NCBI GenBank assembly: GCA_964406795.1
Contig: CAYOTA010000004.1
Coordinates: 46,877 to 110,876 of the forward strand
Reading direction: 5' to 3'
Length of the DNA: 64,000 nt
DNA from: an uncultured Gammaproteobacteria bacterium
GTDB taxonomy: Bacteria; Patescibacteriota; Microgenomatia; Levybacterales; GWA1-39-11
The notes beneath the pieces are model-generated. The model did not search any database and was not told the DNA's origin. It saw only the letters and a program-made list of their open reading frames with translations. Positions 10,487 to 19,648 of this stretch are shown here, piece by piece. Position 1 is the stretch's first letter; the number at the start of each line of letters is the position of its first letter. Position numbers and translations under genes: made by a program.

Positions 10487-11866
10487 TTATGCCGGTGAGG
10501 CCAAGATGCCCACGGTCGCGCGCTCTCCACTTTCCTCGACTACGGCTGAGCCCCGTTGGTTCTGCCAGCTTTGCCAGCAAGTCGAATCCTGCGATATCGC
10601 GCCAGCCACCAAGGCTCCCGAAAGCCCGCAGGGCACGGCATTGCCGATCTGTCGAACCACCTCGGTTTTGGTTCCGGTGAATCGATAACCGCGCGGGAAA
10701 CCCTGCGCGGCGGCGAGTTCGTGGGGCTGAAGCATCCGGAAGCGGATGTCGAGGAAGCATCGCTCGCCGCCGGAATCCACCTCGGGCATCGCCAGTCCGA
10801 AGCGGGACTTGGCGGTCACGGTACCGAGCGGTTCGGTGATTCTCCGGGCCCCGCCGGTGCCATAGTATTCAATCAGAAATGGCTCAACCAAGCCGTGGTG
10901 AATACCGCCCGCGGAGATAGTGGAGAGCGGTTCGGAAAGAGGGCGCGCGGAACCGCGCACCTGGGATGGCGAGGTGCCGCGCATTTGAATGATGAACGGT
11001 TCGGCCAGACCTATGGCACCACACCGAGCGGTCGTAATGGTGGGCAGCGGGGAATCCACCGAGACCACCCGCCCGCCGTGTTCCATGCAAACCAGGTGAG
11101 GCGCTCCACCGAACCGCCGCAATCCATCCAGAATGCGCTCCAGCGTGCGGGGCGCGAGGGGCTTCTTGCGCGCATAAATGCTGTCCGCCTGGATCGACCA
11201 ATCGATGATCTCGCGGGCCGCGCGCCACGGATGAAGCGGGCCAAATAGATCGGCGTCCGCATTCTTCCGGTGCGTCGGTTCCGGCCAGACGATTTTGCGC
11301 CGGCCAAGGACCGCTTGCACAAAGAGACGCTCGCGGCTCGTCGGATCGCCGTAGTCCGCGGCACAAAGCACCCGCCAGTCCACGCGGTAGCCGAGGGATT
11401 CGAGCATCCCGATCCACGCCCGGAAGGTGGCCCCCTTCCTGCTCCTCAAAGGGCGACCATCGACACCTAGAGGCCCCCACTCGGCAAATTCCTTCACGTT
11501 CTCCACGAGGATCACCGAAGGGCGCAACGTCTCTGCCCATCGGGTCACGCAATGCCCAGACGCGCGCGATTGGTCGGACATCGGTTTTCCGCCGCGGGCC
11601 CGAGAATGGTGGGTGCATTCCGGAGAGGCCCACAGCAGGTCCAACGTCCCGCTCGGGAAGAGATGCCTCGGGTTGATGCTGTCCACCGCGGCGCAGACAT
11701 GCCGGGAGGCCGGGTGGTTGGCCTCATGCGTCGCCACCGCCACCGGCCAGTGATTGACCGCGGTCAGTTCCGCTCGAAACCCCAGGCGGCGCAGGGCAAC
11801 CAAGGCCCCCGTGCTGGTCCCGCCCGCTCCGCAGAACAAATCGGCGATCTGGAACACTCGTGACAT
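10487..11866 (-). CDS. dcm: DNA (cytosine-5)-methyltransferase
   Basis: Motif I DLFCGAGG, PC motif ASPECTHHS, ENV, and QIGNAVP motif X. Confidence 0.85.
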   Translation of the reverse strand: MSRVFQIADLFCGAGGTSTGALVALRRLGFRAELTAVNHWPVAVATHEANHPASRHVCAAVDSINPRHLFPSGTLDLLWASPECTHHSRARGGKPMSDQSRASGHCVTRWAETLRPSVILVENVKEFAEWGPLGVDGRPLRSRKGATFRAWIGMLESLGYRVDWRVLCAADYGDPTSRERLFVQAVLGRRKIVWPEPTHRKNADADLFGPLHPWRAAREIIDWSIQADSIYARKKPLAPRTLERILDGLRRFGGAPHLVCMEHGGRVVSVDSPLPTITTARCGAIGLAEPFIIQMRGTSPSQVRGSARPLSEPLSTISAGGIHHGLVEPFLIEYYGTGGARRITEPLGTVTAKSRFGLAMPEVDSGGERCFLDIRFRMLQPHELAAAQGFPRGYRFTGTKTEVVRQIGNAVPCGLSGALVAGAISQDSTCWQSWQNQRGSAVVEESGERATVGILASPA

Positions 11867-11872
11867 GAGCGT

Positions 11873-13348
11873 TCAGGCGCGCGAAGGCGTGGGCACGACC
11901 CCGGATTGCATCGTGTCCGAGGAGAGATTCCCCATGAAGCGACAAGTCGCGCCATAGAGAAGATTGGCGCGGGCATCCTCGGGGAGACGACTCATCTGCA
12001 CGAGACCGCGAAATGTCGGCACGTCGGACGACACGGCGTAGAACGGCTTGGTGCCACCGGGCGGAACCCCGAAATGGCAATCCGTCACCACCCACCCGCC
12101 CATCACCGGGAAACCCGCCACCGGATCTCCGGAGTCATACCGCAGCCGAGCCCCGTCGATCCCGTCCCGCACGTGTCGCGGCGGCAGTGTCGCCGCCACT
12201 CCGATAAACGGGGTGCCGTTTGCGTCGATGTCGGCGAACTCAAAATGGCAACCTGAGGCGCGCACATTCCGCTTGGGCTGACTGATCGCCTGCAGCACGT
12301 GATTGATGGCCGCGTAGCTGATCAATCCACGCGATGACTCCAACTCCACGTCCTCAGTGATGTCCCAATCGTTGTAGAGGAAGGATCGGGCCCCAGCACC
12401 CACGATACTCCGGAACTTCGTTCGCCGGTTGGCCGCCAGACAGAACTGGTTGTCCGCCCCCAAATCCAAAACCCCGTCCTCTACCACGGACCACGCGCTT
12501 TGCTCGTCGGTGAAGCCGATGAAGCATCCACCCACGTAGCTGCCCGGCACCGCGCTGACCCACCAGTTCCTCCCGTGGGCGCCGCCCAAGCCGCGCTGAC
12601 AATTGATTCCGAAGACCTCCTTGCCCGCGTCCTCCGGCTTGGTCCGATCCGGCCAACGCCCTCTCACGGGGCCCACATGGAGATCCGACCACGCCGGTGC
12701 CGTACCGTAGAGCACCACGCCCCCCACAAGCACGGATGACGGGCAATCGTGGGTAAGCGTGAGCCCGTGCAGCTCGGGCGCCTTCCGGGCCGGATCACCC
12801 TGCCAGTGCCCGCCCCAGAGAATGTAGGTGTCGCGTTCATCCCGGGGCCGCCCGTCCGATTCCAGGACGGGATCGCGAACCACCAGCTCCGTCTGTCGCC
12901 GCCCGTACCTCCCATGAAGGTGCTGATCGTACCCGATCAGACACCAGCCGTTGTCCGGGTGCGCCCACGGCCCGCGGCTGAAATACCTGCCCGCCCCAAG
13001 GTCGAGTCGAAACGCGCGGGTGCGGTGCCGCCGCGCAAACGCATCCATGTCCCGGATACGGAAGGGATCTGCCAGGGTGCCACGCCCCCGGCCATCCTCC
13101 TGCTCGGAGCGCGCCTGCTCCGCGTGCCACAACCACTCGGTAGCGCCCACTTCGATACCGACAGGAGGCAAAGGATCCTCCTCGCCGGGACCTTCTTTCT
13201 CCGCCGGCACCGGCTCCGGTGGTGCCTCCACCACCACGGTGAAATTCATGGTCACCTTCCCGCCCGCCGGAATCGCCGAGGCCAGACTCACCGGAGCAGT
13301 CGTAGGATTATCGGGAGATCCATTTGCGGCAGGGGCGGGGTTGCTCAT
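11873..13348 (-). CDS. hypothetical protein (491 aa), possible beta-helix/tailspike-like
   Basis: ORF immediately downstream of a promoter-like element with almost no leader. Confidence 0.45.
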   Translation of the reverse strand: MSNPAPAANGSPDNPTTAPVSLASAIPAGGKVTMNFTVVVEAPPEPVPAEKEGPGEEDPLPPVGIEVGATEWLWHAEQARSEQEDGRGRGTLADPFRIRDMDAFARRHRTRAFRLDLGAGRYFSRGPWAHPDNGWCLIGYDQHLHGRYGRRQTELVVRDPVLESDGRPRDERDTYILWGGHWQGDPARKAPELHGLTLTHDCPSSVLVGGVVLYGTAPAWSDLHVGPVRGRWPDRTKPEDAGKEVFGINCQRGLGGAHGRNWWVSAVPGSYVGGCFIGFTDEQSAWSVVEDGVLDLGADNQFCLAANRRTKFRSIVGAGARSFLYNDWDITEDVELESSRGLISYAAINHVLQAISQPKRNVRASGCHFEFADIDANGTPFIGVAATLPPRHVRDGIDGARLRYDSGDPVAGFPVMGGWVVTDCHFGVPPGGTKPFYAVSSDVPTFRGLVQMSRLPEDARANLLYGATCRFMGNLSSDTMQSGVVPTPSRA

Positions 13349-13354
13349 GGGTTA

Positions 13355-13386
13355 CAGTGTAGCCACAGGCGGCCACACTGTGTCAA
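13355..13386 (-). promoter_or_regulatory. sigma70-like promoter (TTGACA-19nt-TACACT) overlapped by inverted repeat CAGTGTGGCC-N6-GGCTACACTG; -10 lies 7 nt from ATG
   Basis: Read directly on the minus strand in the 66-nt gap between 13349 and 13414. Confidence 0.45.
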
Positions 13387-13414
13387 GCGCGCCGCAAGCG
13401 GCAGGATGCGATTT

Positions 13415-14245
13415 CTACCAGCAACCCGCGTCGTCTTCGGGTTTCACATGGAATCCGCCTTCGGATTGCTCCTGCCACCAAATGCGGAAGGCCACATAGG
13501 CGTTGCGGCGGGAATCCACCAAATCGTCCCGTTCGGAGCTGAGGAAGCGCAACGCACCGTTTTTGGTCGTGTCCCACGCACCGTCCGCGCGGGTGGCCAC
13601 GGAGAACGCACCCATTTGCTGGAGCGCCTGCGAGCCCATGCGGCTCGCCCACTCCTTTTCCTCCGGCCAACCTTGCGCCAGAGGAGAACCATCGCTCGCG
13701 GTCATCTTCACCACCTCCTCGTGGCGGGCCGGGACCCCGATGGTCTCCTTGGTCCATGCCTCGCGAAACAGGGTGTGCATGTGGGTCTTGAGCACATCAT
13801 CACCCTGGGCGTGGGCCAGTTCGGTCGCCCACAGCGCCTGCATGCCACTGTCCCGCCGCAGCACGAAGGAGAGGATGGCGGCGGCGTCCAACTCCGCGTG
13901 GTCACGCGGCACAATCGGGCGGCAGTTGGTCTCCACCCCGCGAACCTTCTGCGCCCGATCTCCAAGTTTTTTCCACAACCACTGACCGCCGCCACCCCAA
14001 TCCAGCACGATGCAGGAGAAACCAAAGTCCATGTGTTTTTCGTGGATCAGCCCGCTCCACTGATCCAAGTCGTACCCACGCACCACGCGGTCGTAGACGA
14101 AGTCGGTCTGCCAATCGGACAACCCGGCAGGATCCTCCACGGAGGCCATGGCCCGGAGCACACTCAAGGCGCCATCGTCGCTGGATTTCTGCTGCGCCGG
14201 AGCGGGATCGATGCCCAGGAAAAAAAAGACGGGCTTGGCATTCAC
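13415..14245 (-). CDS. terminase large subunit-like nuclease (RNase H/RuvC-like) domain protein
   Basis: N-terminal FFFLGIDPAPAQQKSSDDGALSV plus LDWGGGG acidic motifs; GTG start in GTGA overlap with upstream ATPase ORF. Confidence 0.45.
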   Translation of the reverse strand: MNAKPVFFFLGIDPAPAQQKSSDDGALSVLRAMASVEDPAGLSDWQTDFVYDRVVRGYDLDQWSGLIHEKHMDFGFSCIVLDWGGGGQWLWKKLGDRAQKVRGVETNCRPIVPRDHAELDAAAILSFVLRRDSGMQALWATELAHAQGDDVLKTHMHTLFREAWTKETIGVPARHEEVVKMTASDGSPLAQGWPEEKEWASRMGSQALQQMGAFSVATRADGAWDTTKNGALRFLSSERDDLVDSRRNAYVAFRIWWQEQSEGGFHVKPEDDAGCW

Positions 14246-15273
14246 GCCACAGCCCCCCTTTGGCGCTCATCCTCCGCCCGGGAGACGGCCACCCGCACAT
14301 CCCTCTGCCGACCCAGTTCAAGCGCCGCATCAATGCTCTCGGTAGAGAACCATCCGAGCGCGGACGAACCCCACACGCCACAGCCCTCTCCCAGAAACGC
14401 CTCCGGGCTCAGCGAGTCGCGGAGTTCGCGGATCCCGCGGTCATTGCGGAAGAGGTCGCGAAAGGTCTTACCCTTCGTCGCGCTCGGCAACTGGGAGTAG
14501 TCCTTGTAGCAGAAGCCGAAGGTCCACACGTCCGGGCTGCCGCGCCGCTCCCGCTTCAACAGCGCCCGGTGGGTGCGAAGCGAGGGGTGCTGAGCACCTT
14601 CTGCAGTGGCCGTGCGGATCACCTTGTTGCCCCATATCGGGTGGTCCTGATTGCGGGATTCGCGGGTGCAACGTCCGATCAGTTGCTTGGCCACGTTGGC
14701 ATTGGCCTGTTCGGCCTTGGTCCACTCGTCCATCAGCAGCGTGTTGCACCGCAATGAAGCCAGCGTCCGGCTCTCCTGCGCCACCGAGGGCGCCGGCATG
14801 TTCACCAGGCTGCCGTTGCGATAGTACATCTTCCACGAGGACGGGTCCCGCAGCCCCGGGCGGGACTTCTCGTCCCCTTCCTCGGAGAAACGGCCCAACT
14901 GGGACCGGAAGAGCGGCGTGCCCAAGCTCGCGTAGTAGGACCAATACTGGTCCTTGCCGATCTGGAAGGTGGGGAAGATCACCAGCACCCGGTGATCCGG
15001 GATCAACATGGCCCGGAGTTGGGTGATGGCCCAATTCACGAAGGTCTTGCCCGTGGAAAACCCAGAGTGATCCTCCACGCTGCGGGTAAACCAGATCATG
15101 CGTGCCCGGGCGGCCTGGAAGGCATCCAACCGAACGCGGAAGAAGACGTGAATGGCCATCACCGGATCACACAACAGGTCTTCGACCATGTCGTCGGAGA
15201 TCCGGTTCCGGGCCGGGACGCTTGGGCTATGGATTTCCATCGTTCTCGGGAGTTGCAAGGTCCGGATACTCAT
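14242..15273 (-). CDS. terminase large subunit-like P-loop ATPase domain protein
   Basis: Walker A HSGFSTGKT and Walker B LLMDEWTKAE. Confidence 0.4.
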   Translation of the reverse strand: MSIRTLQLPRTMEIHSPSVPARNRISDDMVEDLLCDPVMAIHVFFRVRLDAFQAARARMIWFTRSVEDHSGFSTGKTFVNWAITQLRAMLIPDHRVLVIFPTFQIGKDQYWSYYASLGTPLFRSQLGRFSEEGDEKSRPGLRDPSSWKMYYRNGSLVNMPAPSVAQESRTLASLRCNTLLMDEWTKAEQANANVAKQLIGRCTRESRNQDHPIWGNKVIRTATAEGAQHPSLRTHRALLKRERRGSPDVWTFGFCYKDYSQLPSATKGKTFRDLFRNDRGIRELRDSLSPEAFLGEGCGVWGSSALGWFSTESIDAALELGRQRDVRVAVSRAEDERQRGAVA

Positions 15274-16480
15274 CCTCCTCCCGGGTCAGGTCGGGGACCG
15301 GTTCACCCGCATCCTGCACCGCTTCACGCACGGCGGCTTTGAATCCGGCATCCAGCTTCCCGAGCACGCCGGGCTTGAGTTGAGGCTGCCACGCCGCGTC
15401 CCACAGACCCTCCCGGGCCGCATTCACGTAGGCCACCCAACCCACGCGATACCTTGGCTCAGGGTTCTGCGTGCTGGTGCGCAGCATCACCTGCACTTCG
15501 GCCATGGTGAAAATCCCATCGACCAAGCGGGTGCTGCCGTCCCGCCGATACTCGGCGATGGCGTCCACGATCTCGGTGACGGCTCCCCGGAAGTCCATGG
15601 CCTGACCCGTGATGTTGAACCACGGGGCGCGCTCGGCGATCCGATCCACCACCTGATCGTACTCCCGAGTGCAGGCAGATAGGTCCTCCGAGTATTGCCT
15701 CCCGCGCTTCCGCTCGTTCACATCGAGAGCCGCCGGATCCACCTCGGCCACCGCCTCCTGAAGACGGTGCATGCGCACCTCCAGCAACAACGCGGCCCGG
15801 GCATGACCGGATACGATCTTGTCCTTGAGCAGCGGCTCCCATTCCCGCACTCGCGTCGCCAAGGACGCGGAGAGCCTGCCATCATCGTTCCACAAGGCCT
15901 GAGGAAACGAGTAGCGGGCGAGGATGTCGGCATCGCTCTCGGTCAAAGGAGGCGGGACGGGGCGTTCCGGCGGTCGTTCTGCGGGCAGAATCGGCAGCGG
16001 CACCCCGGCGGGTGGAGCGGTGGCCGCTTTCCAGGCGCGGCGCAGAATCTCCAGTTCGTCTCGGAGCTGCGCCGCGGTGACGCCCATCTCCTCCTGAACC
16101 AGACGCCTCGAGGTGGGGCGGCACCGGTCCGGGTCTGCCCCCACCGGAAGGATCACCGGGAACACGCCGTAGATCCGCGCCACCATGGCCCAACCTCGCT
16201 GGTGCGTGACCAGCACTCCATGCCAATCCGGCAGCATTTCCGCGCTTAAGCCATCAAACTCAGCGGATAACCCAGCGAAGTCCTCCACCCTCCAATCCTC
16301 ACCGCCGTAGTGGTACTCCGCAGCCTCGCCCACCACAGGCACCGCCCCGCGGCGGCGACGGCGCGTCTTCGGGGCGGGCAGCGCAGGCGGCTCCGGGGTG
16401 ATTGGCCCCGAGCAATCCACCGGCGGAACGGGCGGCAGCGCAGGGAAGAGCGGTAGCCCTGGCGGGCGGGGGCCACTCAT
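15227..16480 (-). CDS. hypothetical protein (417 aa, Pro-rich N-terminus)
   Basis: Start MSGPRPPG in ATGA overlap with upstream stop. Confidence 0.45.
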   Translation of the reverse strand: MSGPRPPGLPLFPALPPVPPVDCSGPITPEPPALPAPKTRRRRRGAVPVVGEAAEYHYGGEDWRVEDFAGLSAEFDGLSAEMLPDWHGVLVTHQRGWAMVARIYGVFPVILPVGADPDRCRPTSRRLVQEEMGVTAAQLRDELEILRRAWKAATAPPAGVPLPILPAERPPERPVPPPLTESDADILARYSFPQALWNDDGRLSASLATRVREWEPLLKDKIVSGHARAALLLEVRMHRLQEAVAEVDPAALDVNERKRGRQYSEDLSACTREYDQVVDRIAERAPWFNITGQAMDFRGAVTEIVDAIAEYRRDGSTRLVDGIFTMAEVQVMLRTSTQNPEPRYRVGWVAYVNAAREGLWDAAWQPQLKPGVLGKLDAGFKAAVREAVQDAGEPVPDLTREEDEYPDLATPENDGNP

Positions 16481-17157
16481 GGAACGCCGTTCCTTTCGGC
16501 CGCCGCGACCAGCTCGGGCCACTTCTCCAAAGCCGCTTCGGCGGAGGCCGGCAGTTCGCTGGCCCCGCTTTGGCGCAGAAACGAGAGCCACACGAGCACG
16601 CTTCGCACGCCCGCCTCAGCCGAGGAGACGGCCACCCGAGCCGCCGTGGCGAGCAAACCGGGAGGCAGGGTGTGCCCCGCGCGCACGACCCCACCCAGAA
16701 CCCGATCCAGATTGATGACCAAGGCTCGCGCATCACGCAAGGCGCTCGGCGGAATAGCGCGACCGGCTTCGTCTAGGATCCGGTCTACCGGAATCAGCGG
16801 GAGCTCCTTCATCGCTATATCCTGCGCGACGCGCATCTGGCGGTTGACGCCTGCTGTCATGCCGCCCTTGCCCTGCGGGTGCATGGAGCGAGCGTCCAGG
16901 TGCGGATTAAGCTCCGCGAAGAGCTGGCAGAAGAAGCCACCATCCACCGCCTTCAGCAGCGGCACGGCTCCGGAAGCTGCCGCCAAGACGTCCTTGCTAT
17001 GCAGCCCGAACTGGCACTCCAAATGTTCGGACGGGATGAAGCCGGCCCGGCGGGTGGATTGCGCCAAGGAGGCCAATTCCAACCACAGAATCAGCACCGC
17101 CCGGTGCGCGTCCTTCTCCACGGGCCGATTCCAAGCCCGCACCTCCACTCGGTGCAT
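16477..17157 (-). CDS. hypothetical protein
   Basis: Track ORF 16477..17265 trimmed to MHRVEVRAW to avoid overlap with the 80-aa gene. Confidence 0.4.
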   Translation of the reverse strand: MHRVEVRAWNRPVEKDAHRAVLILWLELASLAQSTRRAGFIPSEHLECQFGLHSKDVLAAASGAVPLLKAVDGGFFCQLFAELNPHLDARSMHPQGKGGMTAGVNRQMRVAQDIAMKELPLIPVDRILDEAGRAIPPSALRDARALVINLDRVLGGVVRAGHTLPPGLLATAARVAVSSAEAGVRSVLVWLSFLRQSGASELPASAEAALEKWPELVAAAERNGVP

Positions 17158-17188
17158 AATGTCCTTCGGCAGCACTACTTCGGATTCG

Positions 17189-17431
17189 TTATTCACGGCT
17201 TGCAGCACTCCTTTCGTGGTTGATTTCGAGCCACCGACGCAGCGTGGTAATTGCCTCCCTGACATCCTGCTCGAGATTCTTGTGTTTACGCCCGCGGCGC
17301 AGGAGCTTCTTCACCGCTTGGAAAAGGACCGGATCGAGCCCGTACTCGATGGCTATTCGGTAGGGGTCCAACAGCACCCCAGCGACGCGGATCTTGTAGG
17401 GGTCTCTATTGCGCACAATGTTCATTATCAC
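17189..17431 (-). CDS. hypothetical protein (80 aa), low-GC patch
   Basis: Clean ORF MIMNIVRNRDPYKI. Confidence 0.45.
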   Translation of the reverse strand: MIMNIVRNRDPYKIRVAGVLLDPYRIAIEYGLDPVLFQAVKKLLRRGRKHKNLEQDVREAITTLRRWLEINHERSAASRE

Positions 17432-17443
17432 GACTATTGTCGT

Positions 17444-18094
17444 CTAATCAGTGTTCGGAGGTGGTACAGGGCGCCAGGCGGTCACGAGCTCGCTGCTCCC
17501 TTCCCACGAAACGAATCCGGCACCGCGGTAGTATCGCGCTTCGTAGATACCTCCAGCGGTTCGCACTTGGACGACTTGCCCGTCAAGTGGTCGGCGAGCA
17601 TCGATGCCAAACCATCCATACAAATCAGCGGTCTCTGTGTTCGGGGATTGAAAGCCGACTGGTCCCGGTGGACCTGCTGGAGCATCGATTATTCCAGTCT
17701 CGCCGGTCGGCGCGGCGCTTGGTTTGTTGTATTGGCCACGACTTTCCATACCTTCCCGGGCCGCGCAGGAGATGGCCTGCTCTGGCTGGTATCCGGTACC
17801 CGTGGCCGTTGGAACGTCTGTGTTCGTTGGTGGTAGGACAGGCCGGCTCCATTCAACACCAGCGCTGGCGCTGACATCGTACTTCGGCCCCCATCCGCCC
17901 GATCCGTCGATGTACTCCCAACGGAGATCTCTCCTGTGTGGGTCAACCCACAGCGGCCTAAAAACCCTCACCAGCCGCCAGTGTCCTCTCGCTATAGACG
18001 TGCCGCGGAACCAGTAGTATCCCGGCTCTGTTGGGAGCCCCGAACCCACCACGTGAGCGGGCAGCGGGTCAGTTGTGGTCGTTGGGGTGCTCAT
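17444..18094 (-). CDS. array member E (216 aa): leader MSTPTTTTDPLPAHVVGSG, internal SPNTE and terminal PPNTD
   Basis: ATGA overlap with member D; shares a ~175-bp direct repeat with member C. Confidence 0.55.
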   Translation of the reverse strand: MSTPTTTTDPLPAHVVGSGLPTEPGYYWFRGTSIARGHWRLVRVFRPLWVDPHRRDLRWEYIDGSGGWGPKYDVSASAGVEWSRPVLPPTNTDVPTATGTGYQPEQAISCAAREGMESRGQYNKPSAAPTGETGIIDAPAGPPGPVGFQSPNTETADLYGWFGIDARRPLDGQVVQVRTAGGIYEARYYRGAGFVSWEGSSELVTAWRPVPPPNTD

Positions 18095-18890
18095 GATTCG
18101 CTGCCGCTCCGTTCGGTGTTCGGACTTTCGTCCGTCAGCAGCCGTTTCACCGCAAGCCCGATAACAAGAGCGAGACTGTCCCCGGTCTCACCATAACGCC
18201 GCCCCGCCTTGCTGGTGATCTCGACGCACGCCGATCCAGCCGACCCGCTCCCAATTCCCCACCGTTCCACGATCTGTCGCAGTCTCTCGAGCAGCCCGAT
18301 TGCGCAGTGGAGGTGCGATGAATATCCGGGGACAACTCGGGAGATTCTCCAGGAGACAAGCGGCCTGAAATCCGCGGCGGTCGCCGTGCTTGGCAGGCCG
18401 AATTGCTTGCAAATATCCGGCTTCCAGTTTTTCCACATCTCGGGCCATAGCGATTCCGCGGATCGATCGTTGAGTGATCTGATCAAACTCTCCCTGTCGG
18501 CGCGGTTCCGCGGGGTGTCGTATGGCGTCCCAAAACCTTCGAGTGGCACACCGTCAAGGCAGAGAGAGATAAAGTCGCTCGGCGCTTCACCAAGCAGGGC
18601 GCTCAATTCGAAATCGAGCGGCGATCCGGTGAGTATAACGTCCGAACCAGCCGCCTGAGCGGCCGTCGATTTCGGGTCGGGTGTAGTCATGGATTCGTTC
18701 CTCCGCCGCTCGGCTTGGTGTTCGGAGATTGAATGCCAACTGGTCCTGGTGGACCTGCTGGAGCTTCGATACTTCCAGTCTCGCCGGCCGGCGCGGCGCT
18801 TGGTTTGTTGTTTTGGCCACGGCTTTCCATACCTTCCAGGGCCGCGCAGGAAATGGCCTGCTCTGGCTGGCATCCGATACCCGTGGCCGT
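17635..18890 (-). repeat. ~175-bp direct repeat, copies ~17635-17810 and ~18716-18890
   Basis: Both copies encode TATG.G.QPEQAISCAA.EGMESRGQ.NKPSAAP.GETG.I.APAGPPGPVG.QSPNT at residues 96-153 of members E and C. Confidence 0.7.
18091..18690 (-). CDS. array member D (199 aa): leader MTTPDPKSTAAQAAGSD, tail SPNTERSGSES
   Basis: ATGA overlaps at both ends. Confidence 0.55.
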   Translation of the reverse strand: MTTPDPKSTAAQAAGSDVILTGSPLDFELSALLGEAPSDFISLCLDGVPLEGFGTPYDTPRNRADRESLIRSLNDRSAESLWPEMWKNWKPDICKQFGLPSTATAADFRPLVSWRISRVVPGYSSHLHCAIGLLERLRQIVERWGIGSGSAGSACVEITSKAGRRYGETGDSLALVIGLAVKRLLTDESPNTERSGSES

Positions 18891-19175
18891 TGGTAAGCGC
18901 TTCAGGATCTTCGCTCGGATCTGGCGCAGAAATCGCGCCGAATTCTCCAGCTTCTGGACCCGGACCTCGATTTCCGGATAGGCCCCATCCCAGACCCAGC
19001 CCCTGCCGCCATTGGCCGCGAACCCTTCGCACCAGGTGCGAGCCTCCGCGTCGAGTCGATCCGCGGCACGGCGGAGGTCGTCAAGGTCGCCGGAGCACAG
19101 TAGGGAACGAGGCTCCGAACCAGCCTCCGAACCCGCCGGCTCAACGACGTTCGGTTGTGTGGGGGTCGCGCTCAT
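18687..19175 (-). CDS. array member C (162 aa): leader MSATPTQPNVVEPAGSE, tail SPNTKPSGGGTNP
   Basis: ATGA overlaps at both ends. Confidence 0.55.
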   Translation of the reverse strand: MSATPTQPNVVEPAGSEAGSEPRSLLCSGDLDDLRRAADRLDAEARTWCEGFAANGGRGWVWDGAYPEIEVRVQKLENSARFLRQIRAKILKRLPTATGIGCQPEQAISCAALEGMESRGQNNKPSAAPAGETGSIEAPAGPPGPVGIQSPNTKPSGGGTNP

Positions 19176-19648
19176 GGCTTTTGGTCTCCGTCGTTGGCCT
19201 TGGTGTTCGGAGAATTAACCGGCCTCATGGTTACAGTCGTCCCCATTTCCAGGGCCGCCCGCGCATGCTCAAGGACGTATTCTAGATCCCCGGCAGCGCA
19301 GATGTCTGGGGCGATTGCCCCGGGTCTCATGGGGGACTTGATTTCGTATCGGTCCGAGTTCGGTGCCGTTGTTGCTTGATTCGTCGCCACCGGGTCAGCC
19401 TCGAATGCGTAGGTGCCGCGTGGAGTCATCTCGATCCTGAATAGGCGAACGCCGCCACGCCGCATCTTCTCGGCGAGCAAACTGGCATGTCTCGTCCACC
19501 ACTCTCCTGGGTTGCAGACCGGACATCTTGGATAAGATGGCTGTTCGTCCTTTTGCTCGTAACCGCAGATCGAGCATCGGCGCGTCATGGGGAAGTTTTC
19601 CGAACCCGCCGCCTGAGCGGTCGGGGTTGGGTTTTGTGGCGTGCTCAT
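19172..19648 (-). CDS. array member B (158 aa): leader MSTPQNPTPTAQAAGSE, zinc ribbon CSICG...CPVC, tail SPNTKANDGDQKP
   Basis: ATGA overlaps at both ends. Confidence 0.55.
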   Translation of the reverse strand: MSTPQNPTPTAQAAGSENFPMTRRCSICGYEQKDEQPSYPRCPVCNPGEWWTRHASLLAEKMRRGGVRLFRIEMTPRGTYAFEADPVATNQATTAPNSDRYEIKSPMRPGAIAPDICAAGDLEYVLEHARAALEMGTTVTMRPVNSPNTKANDGDQKP

